DNA of 62,079 nt, filler included. It is 3 parts of 3 records of this genome, joined end to end, with 100 filler letters (N's around TTAATTAATTAA, not from the genome) between each part and the next. Parts side by side here need not be neighbours in the genome. Positions count along the whole stretch, not along the records: positions 1 to 24,480 come from DRR723986_845; positions 24,581 to 53,888 come from DRR723986_846; 1 more part is not named here. The stretch is one strand, 5' to 3'. Below, one piece after another: positions 21,449-31,042 of the stretch. A program made the translations under genes and the position numbers. The notes beneath the pieces were generated by a model. The model ran no database searches and was not told the origin of the DNA. It saw only the letters and a program-made list of their open reading frames with translations. Positions within the stretch are counted from its first letter, which is position 1, and every line of letters starts with the position of its first letter.

Positions 21449-22369
21449 TCAAGGTAAAGTTTGGGCAAAACCGCCCTTCAAAATCGGTGAGAGATATAGC
21501 TTTTTCTCTTCCAAATCAAAAGCATAGCGATAATTACTGAGAAAGCCAGTGCCCAAAACACCGTCGGCTTGAAACGCGCCCTTGGAGACAATCAACGCGC
21601 GTTGATCGAGGGCAGGCAAGCCAGCAAGCTGAAGTTTACCAGACACAAACATTGCAGCGGGCAATGTTTCAGCCGGTGCGGTTAGTTCGGTTGCATTCAA
21701 CTGCTCCAATTCAGCCGCGTCAGCAAACATCAACACACCGGAAAAACCGGTATCAATAATCATCAATTTCTCTAACGTTTCGCCTGTATCAAACCGGGTG
21801 TAGGTCATTGGCACGGCAATAAGCGGGTTTAGATCAACAATATCAATTGACGTTTTGTACCGCGCCGATAGATTCTCACCGCTTTTGTATAGCTTTACCC
21901 TACCCTTGCGTGGATCTATGGCCACCGCAAAATTGATAAAAACATCGCGCCCAGCAATAACGTCATAGTTAGGTTCCGTGCGGCCCGGAAACAAGCCCGT
22001 CTGCTTCCAAGGGCCGTATACCCAATTGTTACTGGTAAAAGTATGCTTGCCAAAATTAAGGGTAAACCAATCAATTAACTTGTAATCAATAAAACGGTCG
22101 GTGAACGGAAAATAAACCACATGATTCCGCCCCAGGTCTGGCGACACAGCATTCGTTCCATGATGGTTAAACAATATTGAATTTGCCGCTGCCGTATCAA
22201 AAACGACACGCAGGGGAACACCGTCCCCAGAACGGGTGCGCACCTTCAACGGGCCGCGATCATCCTTCATCAACCGCATTGAGACAATCGGCTCAGGTGA
22301 CGCAAGCGCAAGAACAGGCGCACCAAACACCGTAACAAATATAACAGCAATAAAGGCCTTTAGCGTCAT
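21449..22369 (-). CDS. Exported two-domain retropepsin-like aspartyl protease
   Basis: Signal peptide; two catalytic-like motifs FDTAA and IDTGF, each followed by a psi-loop-like motif (DVIAGRD, DGVLG). Confidence 0.7.
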   Translation of the reverse strand: MTLKAFIAVIFVTVFGAPVLALASPEPIVSMRLMKDDRGPLKVRTRSGDGVPLRVVFDTAAANSILFNHHGTNAVSPDLGRNHVVYFPFTDRFIDYKLIDWFTLNFGKHTFTSNNWVYGPWKQTGLFPGRTEPNYDVIAGRDVFINFAVAIDPRKGRVKLYKSGENLSARYKTSIDIVDLNPLIAVPMTYTRFDTGETLEKLMIIDTGFSGVLMFADAAELEQLNATELTAPAETLPAAMFVSGKLQLAGLPALDQRALIVSKGAFQADGVLGTGFLSNYRYAFDLEEKKLYLSPILKGGFAQTLP

Positions 22370-22538
22370 ATTGGCTCCCTACTCATTCAACAGACTACGA
22401 TGGTTTTGCCCTATGTGCAATTCACCTATCGTTCAGAGACATATTAATCTCTGCATCACGTTTTTCTCATTGGGAAATTACCCCAAGCTGAATTAGAGTG
22501 GCTAAGAATTTGGGCATTATATTATTGGGAGAGGGTCG

Positions 22539-23954
22539 ATGATAAAATATGGACTTAAATTGAGTGTTTTGGCTGGGCTGGCCGCCGCATATTTACCGGC
22601 GGAGGCCCAGGAAAATGAAGCCACTGTCATGGCCTATGCTGCAGGCTATAAAGCGGCTTTTACCTGCAGCGCCACTTTCAACGCTCAAAAAGGCCCTGAT
22701 GCCATCGAAAAGCATGAGCTAACCGGCATATACAGCCTGGTACAAAACAAAGTAAACGCCTTAAAGGCGGATATAGACATCCAAACCAAAAGCGTACGTG
22801 TAAAATATAGCGATTCCATGCCACCACGTATCGCGCAGTGGCGACCCCATATGGGTTGCGTCCAGTTACCTGTTGGCACAGTAAACTACAACCCTGATGA
22901 CTTACCCGCCCCTGAAGGCCTTGCCAAAGTTAATCCACACATTGATACCGGCGCGCCTTGGACTGATCGAAACGGTCTAAACACAAAAACTGGAAATGCA
23001 GGCCTAGATGCCGCAATTGCGAAAGCCTTTATAAACGGTGAGTATGGTAGCCACGCGCGCACCTCTGCCGTTTTTATTGCAACACCGGACCGCATCATCG
23101 CGGAACATTACATTGACGGCTTCACCCCCACCACGTCGCAGCGCACTTGGTCCGTTGCCAAAAGCATAGCCGCTTCTGTTATCGGCGCAGCGGTCGAGCA
23201 AAACATACTTGATGTGAAGGCAAACACTCTGATGCCTGAATGGAATCGCCCGCTTGACCCACGCCGCAATATAACACTGGAAAACATACTGCAGATGGCC
23301 TCTGGCCTTGACAGTAACCGCGCCGGCAACCGCACCGATCGGCTATATATTGGTGGCGGATTGGTGACTGATACATCAAGCCGAACAGCGGTTGAAGCAC
23401 TACCGGGCAGCCGATGGAAATATGCTAACAATGACACACTGCTTGCCGTTAGGTCCTTGCGCGCCGCCTTAGATAATGATGCGGCTTATATGGCTTTTCC
23501 ATTTAAAGCCCTGCTTCATAAAATTGGCATGACCCACACCTACCTCGAAAGCGACTGGGAAGGAAACTTTATCCTTTCAAGCCAAGTATGGACCACAGCA
23601 CGAGACCTAGCGCGCCTTGGGCTTTTGCACCTGAATGATGGCATATGGGAAGGCGAGCGTATTTTACCACAAGGCTGGGCCAATTATGTTTCCACCCCTG
23701 CCCCGTCTCAGCCGCCAAAAGCTGCGGATGGTCGCCCAACAAGAGGCTACGGTGCACAGTGGTGGCTATATCAAGACTTCCCCGGCTTACCTTCAGACAC
23801 CTATGCTGCCCTTGGTAACCGCGGTCAAATTTTGATGATTATCCCATCAAAAAATTTGCTGCTTGTGCGGCGTGGTTATGACCTTGCTGGCGGGCCTGGT
23901 TTTCAAATGCATGAATTTGCCGCTGATGTCCTCAAAGCAATGAACACCAACTAA
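22539..23954 (+). CDS. Exported serine hydrolase, beta-lactamase/AmpC superfamily
   Basis: SxxK (SVAK), YxN (YANN), TARDLARLG and ALGNRGQ motifs. Confidence 0.88.
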   Translation: MIKYGLKLSVLAGLAAAYLPAEAQENEATVMAYAAGYKAAFTCSATFNAQKGPDAIEKHELTGIYSLVQNKVNALKADIDIQTKSVRVKYSDSMPPRIAQWRPHMGCVQLPVGTVNYNPDDLPAPEGLAKVNPHIDTGAPWTDRNGLNTKTGNAGLDAAIAKAFINGEYGSHARTSAVFIATPDRIIAEHYIDGFTPTTSQRTWSVAKSIAASVIGAAVEQNILDVKANTLMPEWNRPLDPRRNITLENILQMASGLDSNRAGNRTDRLYIGGGLVTDTSSRTAVEALPGSRWKYANNDTLLAVRSLRAALDNDAAYMAFPFKALLHKIGMTHTYLESDWEGNFILSSQVWTTARDLARLGLLHLNDGIWEGERILPQGWANYVSTPAPSQPPKAADGRPTRGYGAQWWLYQDFPGLPSDTYAALGNRGQILMIIPSKNLLLVRRGYDLAGGPGFQMHEFAADVLKAMNTN

Positions 23955-23962
23955 GCAGGCTT

Positions 23963-24480
23963 CTAATCTTGTATCCATTCAGCTAGGGCTGCAACCACAC
24001 CGCCCGGTTGCCTGCCCCAGTTGATGTGCCCAAGGTATTCCCCCTGAACCTTGGCGCCTAGCTTTACGCGGGTTACAGGCGCTGATATAAATTGGCCAAT
24101 AGAACGATCAATAGCCGCATCTGGTGCTAATAAATCCTGTTCAAAACCTAAAGAAACAACCTTTTTGTCGTAAGTAGCCATTGCTGTATTGCTGCCGGGA
24201 AATATATCATTTTCATACTGGCCGCTTTTTGCCCATAGCCGCCAGTCCATCATCAAACCCGAATATTCACGACCTCCAAAACCTAGTCTATTCCCGGGGA
24301 AATACCCTGGAAATTTTGCAAAAAGCGGAATCATCATAATCATTAGTTTTATGAAAGAAGAACGGGGTTGCGGGAAATCCTTATAAAAAGGAAAACCGCA
24401 CGCAAGGCGCGCAATACCTGCATATAAATCAGGCTTAAGCACACCCGCCAAAGACGCCATGTGTCCACCGAGGCTATGCC
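23963..24480 (-). CDS. Alpha/beta hydrolase, 5' end truncated by the contig end
   Basis: Frame is open to the N run; GHSLGGH nucleophile elbow at the contig edge, plus D (EQDLLAP) and H (LGHINW). Confidence 0.8.
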
Positions 24481-24580
24481 NNNNNNNNNNNNNNNNNNNN
24501 NNNNNNNNNNNNNNNNNNNNNNNNTTAATTAATTAANNNNNNNNNNNNNNNNNNNNNNNNNNNNNNNNNNNNNNNNNNNN
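24481..24580. other. Artificial contig-joining spacer (N44-TTAATTAATTAA-N44)
   Basis: Six-frame stop linker flanked by Ns; base composition changes sharply across it. Confidence 0.98.
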
Positions 24581-25696
24581 CTGGATCTCGCTGGTGCCAT
24601 CCCAGATCCGTTCCACGCGGGCGTCGCGCCAGAAGCGTTCGATGGGGAAGTCGTCCATCAAACCCATGCCACCGAAGATCTGCAGTGTCGTGTCGGTGAC
24701 GTGCGCCAGCATTTCGGTCGCGTAAACCTTGGCGCTCGCAATCTCGCGGTTGGCGGGCAAACCCTGGTCGAGACGCCAGGCTCCGGCAAGCGTCAGCCAG
24801 TCGGCAGCATCGATCTCGGTGATCATGTCGGCGACCTGGAAGCTGACGCCCTGGAACTTGGCGATCGCCTGGCCGAACTGCTTGCGCTCGGCGGCATAGT
24901 TCACCGCATAGTCGAAACAGCGGCGGGCCCGGCCAACGCTCATGGTGGCAACCGTCAGACGGGTGGCATAAAGCCATTCGTTCATCACCTCAAAGCCACC
25001 GTCGACTTCGCCGAGCACCTGGCTGTCCGGCAGGCGGCAATTGTCGAAGTAGAGAATGCAGTTTTTGTAGCCCCGATGACTGACGGAGCGATAGCCGTCG
25101 CGCACCTCGAAGCCGGGTGTGCCCCGGTCGACCAGAAAACAGGTGATGCGCTTCTTGGGGCCTTTTGGTGTTTCGTCAACGCCGGTCGCCACAAACACGA
25201 TGAAGAAATCCGCGTGTTCGGCGCCGGAGATGAAATGCTTGGAGCCGGAGACCACCCAGTCTCCTCCGTCGCGCACCGCCTGGCATTTCATGCCGCGCAC
25301 ATCCGAGCCGGCATCGGGTTCGGTCATGGCCAGCGCGTCCATCTTCTCGCCGCGCACGGCCGGCAGAAGGTAGCGCTCGATCTGCTCGCCCTTGCAGGCC
25401 ATCAGGATGTTCTGGGGGCGGCCGAAAAAGTGGTTCAACGCCATCGATCCGCGCCCCAGTTCCCGTTCCACCAGGGTGAAATCAAGATGGCTCAGGCCGG
25501 CGCCGCCCACTTCTTCCGGGAAGTTACAGGCGTAGAAGCCGAGATCGATACATTTGCGCTTGATCTCCTCGCCGAGTTCGGCGGGCACCTGGCCCGTCTT
25601 CTCGACAAGTTCCTCATGCGGGTAAATCTCGTTTTCAACGAAGGACCGGACCGTGGAGACGATCATCTCCTGTTCTTCGCTCAGCCCAAAATGCAT
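24581..25696 (-). CDS. Acyl-CoA dehydrogenase, 3' end truncated by the contig end
   Basis: AMTEPDAGSD, GSKHFIS, RKQFGQAI and IWDGTSEIQ motifs. Confidence 0.92.
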
Positions 25697-25773
25697 CGGA
25701 ATCTCCTCTTGCCTCAGGCCGACGAGAGTGAGACAAACGGGCTTGCTCCATTGTGCAATTTTGGTTTGAAATC

Positions 25774-26721
25774 ATGCCGATTTCACAAAAATCGAATTCG
25801 GTTCGAAAAATCTGCGTGCTGTTGTTCGAAAGCTTTTCGAACCACTGCCTCGCGAATGCGATCGAGCCGTTCCGGGCAGCAAACACGATTGCCCAAAAGC
25901 AGCTCTATTCCTGGCAGCACGTGAGCCTTGCCGGAGGGACTGTCACATCGTCCAGCGGTCTGCCGGTGGCGACGTCTGCCTGGTCGGAGGCAAAGCCTGG
26001 TGGCGATTATCTCTTCATCATGCCGAGCTACGGTTTCGAGGCTTTTGCGGGTCCGTCAACCGTGCGCGCCTTGAAGGCCGCAAGGCAACGGTTCGGCACT
26101 TTGGTCGGCATGGATACCGGCGCATGGCTGTTGGCGGCCGCCGGATTGCTGGAGGGACGCAAGGCGACGATCCACTGGGATGAATTGACGGGATTTGCCG
26201 AAAGATTTCCGGATGTCGATGCAGTGGAGGACCGTTTTGTGCTTGATGGCAACATCTGTACCTGCGGCGGGGCGTCGACAACGTTCGAACTGGCACTGGA
26301 GCTGATCAAGCGGCATCACAGCCCGATGTTCGCGCTCGAGGTGGCAGCCCTGTTCATGTATGGCGACAAGCTGGACATGCACGATCCGCACAAGCGCCTG
26401 TCGGCGGATGCCCTGGTGCGCAGCGCGACTGCGCTGATGCGGCGGACCATCGAGGCACCGATGCCGATTGAAGATCTTGCCCGACAGCTGAAGGTGGAGC
26501 AGCGTACCCTGGAGCAACGGTTCCAGAGGGAAATGTCGATGACGCCACTGGGTGTCTACAAGGCGATCCGCCTGCGCGAGGCGCGCCGGCTTGTGGAATT
26601 GACCATGCTTGGGATTGCGGAAATTGCAGAGCGTTGCGGCTATCGCAACGCGAGTGCAATGACCCGAGCCTACCGGCAGGAATTCGGCCAGTCGCCGCGC
26701 GAGCACCGGCGACGCAGGTAG
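25774..26721 (+). CDS. GlxA-family (DJ-1 + AraC) transcriptional regulator
   Basis: AIEPFRAAN and ATIHW motifs plus a C-terminal AraC HTH (IAERCGY..FGQSPRE). Confidence 0.9.
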   Translation: MPISQKSNSVRKICVLLFESFSNHCLANAIEPFRAANTIAQKQLYSWQHVSLAGGTVTSSSGLPVATSAWSEAKPGGDYLFIMPSYGFEAFAGPSTVRALKAARQRFGTLVGMDTGAWLLAAAGLLEGRKATIHWDELTGFAERFPDVDAVEDRFVLDGNICTCGGASTTFELALELIKRHHSPMFALEVAALFMYGDKLDMHDPHKRLSADALVRSATALMRRTIEAPMPIEDLARQLKVEQRTLEQRFQREMSMTPLGVYKAIRLREARRLVELTMLGIAEIAERCGYRNASAMTRAYRQEFGQSPREHRRRR

Positions 26722-26738
26722 TCCCGGCTGATAAACGA

Positions 26739-26768
26739 GAAAGGCCGCGCTAGACGCGCGGCCCTTTC
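26739..26768. terminator. Terminator-like hairpin between convergent genes
   Basis: GAAAGGCCGCGC-TAGAC-GCGCGGCCCTTTC. Confidence 0.6.
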
Positions 26769-26788
26769 TTGGAAGGTTTGAAAAGACC

Positions 26789-27151
26789 TTACTTGTGCGG
26801 GAAACCGGCTTTTGCTGTACCGTTCCAGTCGCCCTGGAAAGGCAGGATATGCAGCGGCTTCTTCGCCCTGGCACCCTGTACCCTTGCATCGGCGACCTGC
26901 TGCTGGGCAATCGTCAGCCGTTCTTCGCCATTGTAACTGCCGACAACCGGCAGGATCAGCAGATTGCCACTGCGCGCTTCAGCCAGAGCCTTTGCGTTGA
27001 CGGTCTGCTGGATGCGGACGGAAACAGGCTTGTCGCCATTGAGATCACCGCGGGTGTCGTCCGGGTCGATGGCGAAGGCGTTGCCGGCCAGCGCGCCGGA
27101 TACAAAGGCTGCGGTCAGCAGGGTCGACAGAATTTTCTTAGAGGTACGCAT
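26789..27151 (-). CDS. Exported hypothetical protein with a duplicated LxILPxxGxxNG motif
   Basis: GGAG RBS; signal peptide ending AFA; motifs LLILPVVGSYNG and LHILPFQGDWNG. Confidence 0.7.
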   Translation of the reverse strand: MRTSKKILSTLLTAAFVSGALAGNAFAIDPDDTRGDLNGDKPVSVRIQQTVNAKALAEARSGNLLILPVVGSYNGEERLTIAQQQVADARVQGARAKKPLHILPFQGDWNGTAKAGFPHK

Positions 27152-27525
27152 GATCTTGCTCCATGTGTCTGTTTAAACTCATGAATGACTGCAGAGCGCT
27201 GTTTGCCCCGCAGGCTGTTCATGCCGGGAACAACGACACGAATGCTGATCGGTTGCGGCGGTGGCGGTAATAAGATCAACACAAAAACATGAGGCCCCGT
27301 GAGAGGGTTCAAGCCTTGCGAGGTGCGTGTTTTCACTCCACGCACGCGTTCATCATGATCATTCGGCAAGCGGTGCCCGGCTCACCGACCCGTGAAAGGC
27401 GCGGGAGCTGGAGAGGCCGTTTTGCATCTGTTTTTCAAACCGCGATGACAAGGTCTTGAGCGCGCTTCTGCCAACACCGTCACGTCTTACATCTCGTTCA
27501 GAAACAGCAGAACAGGAATGTCACG

Positions 27526-28008
27526 ATGGCCTGCACCAAGGACGACTTCACCAGAGATCTTCAGAGCGAAATCCCGCATCTGCGCAGATACGCCCGCTCT
27601 CTTACGCGAAACCCTGAAGCCGGCGATGATCTGATGCAGACCTCGCTGGAAAAGGCGCTGCGGCATCACGCCAGCTTCCACTGCGGTACTCAGCTGCGCC
27701 GCTGGCTGTTCACGATTGCCCGCAATGCCTATCGCGACGAAAGAAAATGGCTTGCCCGGCGGGGTGACCACCTGCCCATCGAGGACTGGCTTCAGGAAAC
27801 CCAGGCAGCGCCCGCTCAGGAAAAGCATCTGGAGCTGGAAGACGTTGCCAGGGGCATCGCCGGACTTCGGCCAGAAGACAGGGATGCTCTCGAATTGCGG
27901 GTGTTTTCGGGCCTGTCCACCGGGCAAATTGCCAAGCAGACGGGTGTGGCCGTCGGAACGGTGAAAAGCCGGCTCTCCAGGGCGCGGCACCTGCTTGCTG
28001 CCGTCTGA
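27526..28008 (+). CDS. ECF RNA polymerase sigma factor
   Basis: Region 2 (LRRYARSL..DDLMQ..WLFTIARN) and region 4 (GTVKSRLSRAR). Confidence 0.9.
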   Translation: MACTKDDFTRDLQSEIPHLRRYARSLTRNPEAGDDLMQTSLEKALRHHASFHCGTQLRRWLFTIARNAYRDERKWLARRGDHLPIEDWLQETQAAPAQEKHLELEDVARGIAGLRPEDRDALELRVFSGLSTGQIAKQTGVAVGTVKSRLSRARHLLAAV

Positions 28009-28041
28009 CCACCGGCAAGCGCTTCGCCTTGCCTTTCGGCG

Positions 28042-28377
28042 TCAAGCCGCGACCCTGGCGGTGACACCGGCAAGCCGGGCGGTCAGACGTTCGGTTCGAT
28101 AGTCCGACCAGTTTTCCGCGGTTTCCTCATCGTCTTCCCCGATCTCGGGGAAGGCGGCGGACAGGACTGCGCTGGTGATGTCGTTGCACCAGCCTTCCGC
28201 GGGATTGAATTCCAGAACCGCCTGAACCTTCTCGAGTTGCCCGGCCTGAAGATCCTCGATGATCCTGTGCAGGCTCATGTCTGCCAGATCGGTTTCCGGC
28301 GTATAGAAGCAGTTTCCGAGTTCGCAAATCACTGAATAGAACGACATGTCGAGGTTCAAAGCCAAAAAAGCCTCCAT
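28042..28377 (-). CDS. Hypothetical acidic protein in the early-left prophage slot
   Basis: Lies downstream of a TTGACA-N17-TACGCT promoter overlapped by operators; the ETD...GQ...FNPAEGW pattern resembles alphaproteobacterial prophage proteins (recollection). Start uncertain (28347-28377). Confidence 0.6.
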   Translation of the reverse strand: MEAFLALNLDMSFYSVICELGNCFYTPETDLADMSLHRIIEDLQAGQLEKVQAVLEFNPAEGWCNDITSAVLSAAFPEIGEDDEETAENWSDYRTERLTARLAGVTARVAA

Positions 28378-28383
28378 CTAAAA

Positions 28384-28454
28384 TACGTTGAAAGCGTATA
28401 CGTAAATTGCGTACATGTCAAATCTTCGTTAATCGGCTATATGACAAAAGCGTA
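28384..28454 (-). promoter_or_regulatory. P_L-like promoter with left operator array
   Basis: TACG-N7-CGTA at 28384-28398 and 28399-28413, TATG-N7-CGTA at 28440-28454; minus-strand TTGACA (28421-28416), 17 nt, TACGCT (28398-28393). Confidence 0.75.
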
Positions 28455-28581
28455 TGACCGCCCCGAAGTGTTGGCGTCGCGTCAAGACGTGATCGGTCGC
28501 AGTAGACCGGTTGCGAGAAATGCGCGAGGGGGGGCGGGCCGAATTTCGGCCTGAGAAGAAGTGGAGGCGGGGTCGGCGGCG

Positions 28582-29316
28582 CTAGACGACCTGCCGGATG
28601 ACGCTCAATACCTTGGCTATGATGCGGACTTCCGTTGCTTCTTCATCGTGCTCGTTGAAGATCACTGGCTCCTGAAAGCGCGGGTCGTTGGATTCCGGTT
28701 GCAGTTCTATCTGGCCGTTCCGGCGAATGATCCGCTTGGCGGTGCGTTCGATGGTATGGCCACCATCTCTGGTCCGCTCCACGACGGCAAGGTCTCCCGA
28801 CTTGATCTCGATGCCGGCTTCCAGGTAGTCGACGCACAGGATCAAATCGCCGCTCCAGGCGATCCGGTTGAGGCTTTCGCCATTGATTTGCAAAAGATAT
28901 TGGCTTTCGCTCGGAAAGCGAAGGTCTCCCGCGAAACTGGTTTTCTTGGTGGCGTCCGTCTCGAACAGTCCGGACTCCATCCAGAGGCCGGCAGCCACCT
29001 GGCCCTTGATCTCCAGAGGTGTGGCGGCTCTTGAGGGTGCGCTGGAGGCATCCAGATCGGTGATGGAATCGGGGGCGAGCGCAAGAATGTCTTCCCGGGT
29101 GATCGGTTGCTCGCCCTTGCCCAGGAGGACAGGGAGAAGCTTCGCCACGAAATCCGACGGCAGTGCAGGTTTCAGGTAGTCGGCGCTGAAGTAGCGCTGG
29201 ATGGAAGAGGCGTTCTGATAGCCCATGGCCCGTGCGATGGCGCGGATCGACAGGCCACTGCGGTCCTTCAGGTCCACAAGCTGGCGGGAGACTGCAGATT
29301 GTTCGTCCATATCCAT
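28582..29316 (-). CDS. CI/LexA-like phage repressor (HTH + S24 peptidase)
   Basis: N-terminal HTH (GLSIRAIARAMGY..SSIQRYF), Ala-Gly cleavage site (VAAG), catalytic Ser (NGESL) and Lys (RTAKR). Confidence 0.9.
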   Translation of the reverse strand: MDMDEQSAVSRQLVDLKDRSGLSIRAIARAMGYQNASSIQRYFSADYLKPALPSDFVAKLLPVLLGKGEQPITREDILALAPDSITDLDASSAPSRAATPLEIKGQVAAGLWMESGLFETDATKKTSFAGDLRFPSESQYLLQINGESLNRIAWSGDLILCVDYLEAGIEIKSGDLAVVERTRDGGHTIERTAKRIIRRNGQIELQPESNDPRFQEPVIFNEHDEEATEVRIIAKVLSVIRQVV

Positions 29317-29332
29317 AATTCGGTCACCAGGT

Positions 29333-29416
29333 CACGTAAGATGCATACGTGTTAGCAGTAAAAGCGTACGGAGTCCAGTTGACATACGTACGCAATAAGC
29401 GTACGAAATTTGAGTC
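29333..29416 (+). promoter_or_regulatory. P_R-like promoter with right operator array
   Basis: TTGACA at 29379-29384; perfect TACG-N7-CGTA at 29389-29403; degenerate copies at 29333-29347 and 29402-29416. Confidence 0.72.
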
Positions 29417-29488
29417 ATCAAGTGAATGCGTGGGAGTGACGATGGAAGCTCAGACAATCCTTCGACAAATGGCAGAGGAGACCGGCCG

Positions 29489-29836
29489 ATGAGGGACCTG
29501 AAGGACGAAATTGAGGAAGCGCAGGCAAAGGTCGCGCATCTGAGGATCAGGGCGGAACGACCGAGTGCCCGGCTGGAAGACGAGTTCGCGTTGGAAAAAG
29601 CGCGCAACAGGTTGCTGACTCTGGAGTTGCGGAACCTGAAGCAGGGCAGGGACGTGCGCGGCAGTTCCAGCCCGAAGGGCAATCCGGGTGTTGTCGGGAG
29701 CAGGCAGCACATGAGGCAGGCGCCCTTCGTAAAAAGAACAAATAGTGAACATTTGCCGCGTACGGCCAGGGAAAAGGCGGAAGCGGCTTTTGCAGCGGTG
29801 CAAGGTATCGCGGCGGAAAAGAAAGGTCGGGTCTGA
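29489..29836 (+). CDS. Hypothetical basic/coiled-coil prophage protein
   Basis: GAGGAG RBS before MRDLKDEIEE; the stop overlaps the next start (TGATG). Confidence 0.55.
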   Translation: MRDLKDEIEEAQAKVAHLRIRAERPSARLEDEFALEKARNRLLTLELRNLKQGRDVRGSSSPKGNPGVVGSRQHMRQAPFVKRTNSEHLPRTAREKAEAAFAAVQGIAAEKKGRV

Positions 29837-30252
29837 TGGCTTCGGGAGGACTGGTCGACAGGATCGCTGCCGAGTATGGCGTTCATTTCATCAGCCACAC
29901 CAGACGGGTGCAAGGTCGGCACCAGTCGAAGGCCCGCAGAACTTGCCAGACCCTGCTGACGAAACACGGGGCGGAACATCTGCGCCTCGTCTTCGGTCTG
30001 ATCAACACCGCGGAGAACCGGGGGAACTGGTCTGCGCCATGCTTTACTGCCGTTTCCTGGCTTGTCTTGAACAAGCCGGACTGGGTGGAACGGCGAGGTT
30101 TTCTGGACCAGTTCGACAGGATCGATCTGGAGGCGTTGCTTGGCAGTGCAAGGCATATAAACCCGTCCGCTCCGACCCTTACGCTCGCTGTTCTGCTCTC
30201 CTACGAACTTGACAAACTCCTGGAAACGGGCCGGGAGGGGATCGCTGCATGA
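29836..30252 (+). CDS. Hypothetical prophage protein
   Basis: Translationally coupled to the upstream ORF; globular-looking 138 aa. Confidence 0.65.
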   Translation: MASGGLVDRIAAEYGVHFISHTRRVQGRHQSKARRTCQTLLTKHGAEHLRLVFGLINTAENRGNWSAPCFTAVSWLVLNKPDWVERRGFLDQFDRIDLEALLGSARHINPSAPTLTLAVLLSYELDKLLETGREGIAA

Positions 30253-30407
30253 GTACTATTGTCAGTTGGTGTCGGTTGATTACACTGCGGCCGTCAATCA
30301 TCGGCTGTATTGAGTCGCTCAGGGATTGCACGCTTGGCTTGCCGCGCTCGGGGGAGGCGGCGCCGGACGGATCTTTCACCGGTATTTTGAGAGAGGGGGG
30401 TTTGAAC

Positions 30408-30572
30408 ATGAACGGTTACCTGACGAAGGCGCAGATTTTTGCCTTTGAACGCGGAGCGACCGCGTGCCGGGAAGGCAAGTCCCGTGAGGACAATCCTTAT
30501 CCGCCGAAGGCCGATTACTTCGGTTTGTGGGAAGAGGGCTACCAGAAAGAGCGTGAGGGCCAGGGCAAATAA
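30408..30572 (+). CDS. Rmf/CrpP-like small protein (54 aa)
   Basis: G-rich RBS; AFERGATA..GKSREDNPY....WEEGY matches the RMF pattern A..RG..A..G.S.E.CPY...W..GW. Confidence 0.65.
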   Translation: MNGYLTKAQIFAFERGATACREGKSREDNPYPPKADYFGLWEEGYQKEREGQGK

Positions 30573-30658
30573 CCGCCTCAGGCCTGCATCTTTGCTGCCG
30601 CGGGGCCGTTTAAGCGGCCGCGCGGTTCTGTGCCCACTACAGTTTCAAGAGAGACGAT

Positions 30659-31042
30659 ATGGAAACAAGCGTACCTGACCAGATCCTGGCCCGGTTGACG
30701 GAGGCTGTCGAAGTGATTGCGGTGACCGGCAAGGGTGATGGACCGCGGGCGGTTCTGGCAAGCTGGCCCGAATGCCAGGGCAAGATCGCCCGGCGTCGTC
30801 GCACCTACCCGCCCCGGGCGATCAGCCGGGCTGAAGAGGCGATCACCTGGTTCTCCCTGATCGAGGACCTGGATGCGCGCCGCGCCCTGCAGTTCGAAGT
30901 GATGTGCAAGGCGGGCGGCGGCAAGTTCTCCCGGATCTGCGAAAAATACGGCTGGAAACGCTCGACGGTTACCAGCCGCAACAAGGCCGTTCTGCGCCGG
31001 CTGGCGAAAAGGCTTGGTGAGGAAAGCCCCGTCGATCACTGA
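30659..31042 (+). CDS. DUF6362-like phage HTH protein (putative late regulator slot)
   Basis: RLTEAVEV..WP..PPRAISRAEEAITW plus a C-terminal HTH (FSRICEKYGWKRSTV). Confidence 0.65.
   Translation: METSVPDQILARLTEAVEVIAVTGKGDGPRAVLASWPECQGKIARRRRTYPPRAISRAEEAITWFSLIEDLDARRALQFEVMCKAGGGKFSRICEKYGWKRSTVTSRNKAVLRRLAKRLGEESPVDH

Noticed and set aside
22539-23954. Beta-lactamase-family gene as an antibiotic-resistance determinant
   Set aside because: Its length, N-terminal extension and lack of a KTG motif fit the broad esterase/amidase-type serine hydrolases rather than class C enzymes.
24525-24536. TTAATTAATTAA palindrome (also at 53933-53944) as a biological repeat or att site
   Set aside because: It is embedded in N runs and is a standard artificial contig linker.
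30249-30407. N-terminal extension of the 107-aa ORF 30249-30572
   Set aside because: A purine-rich RBS precedes the ATG at 30408, and the RMF-like similarity covers only the last 54 aa.
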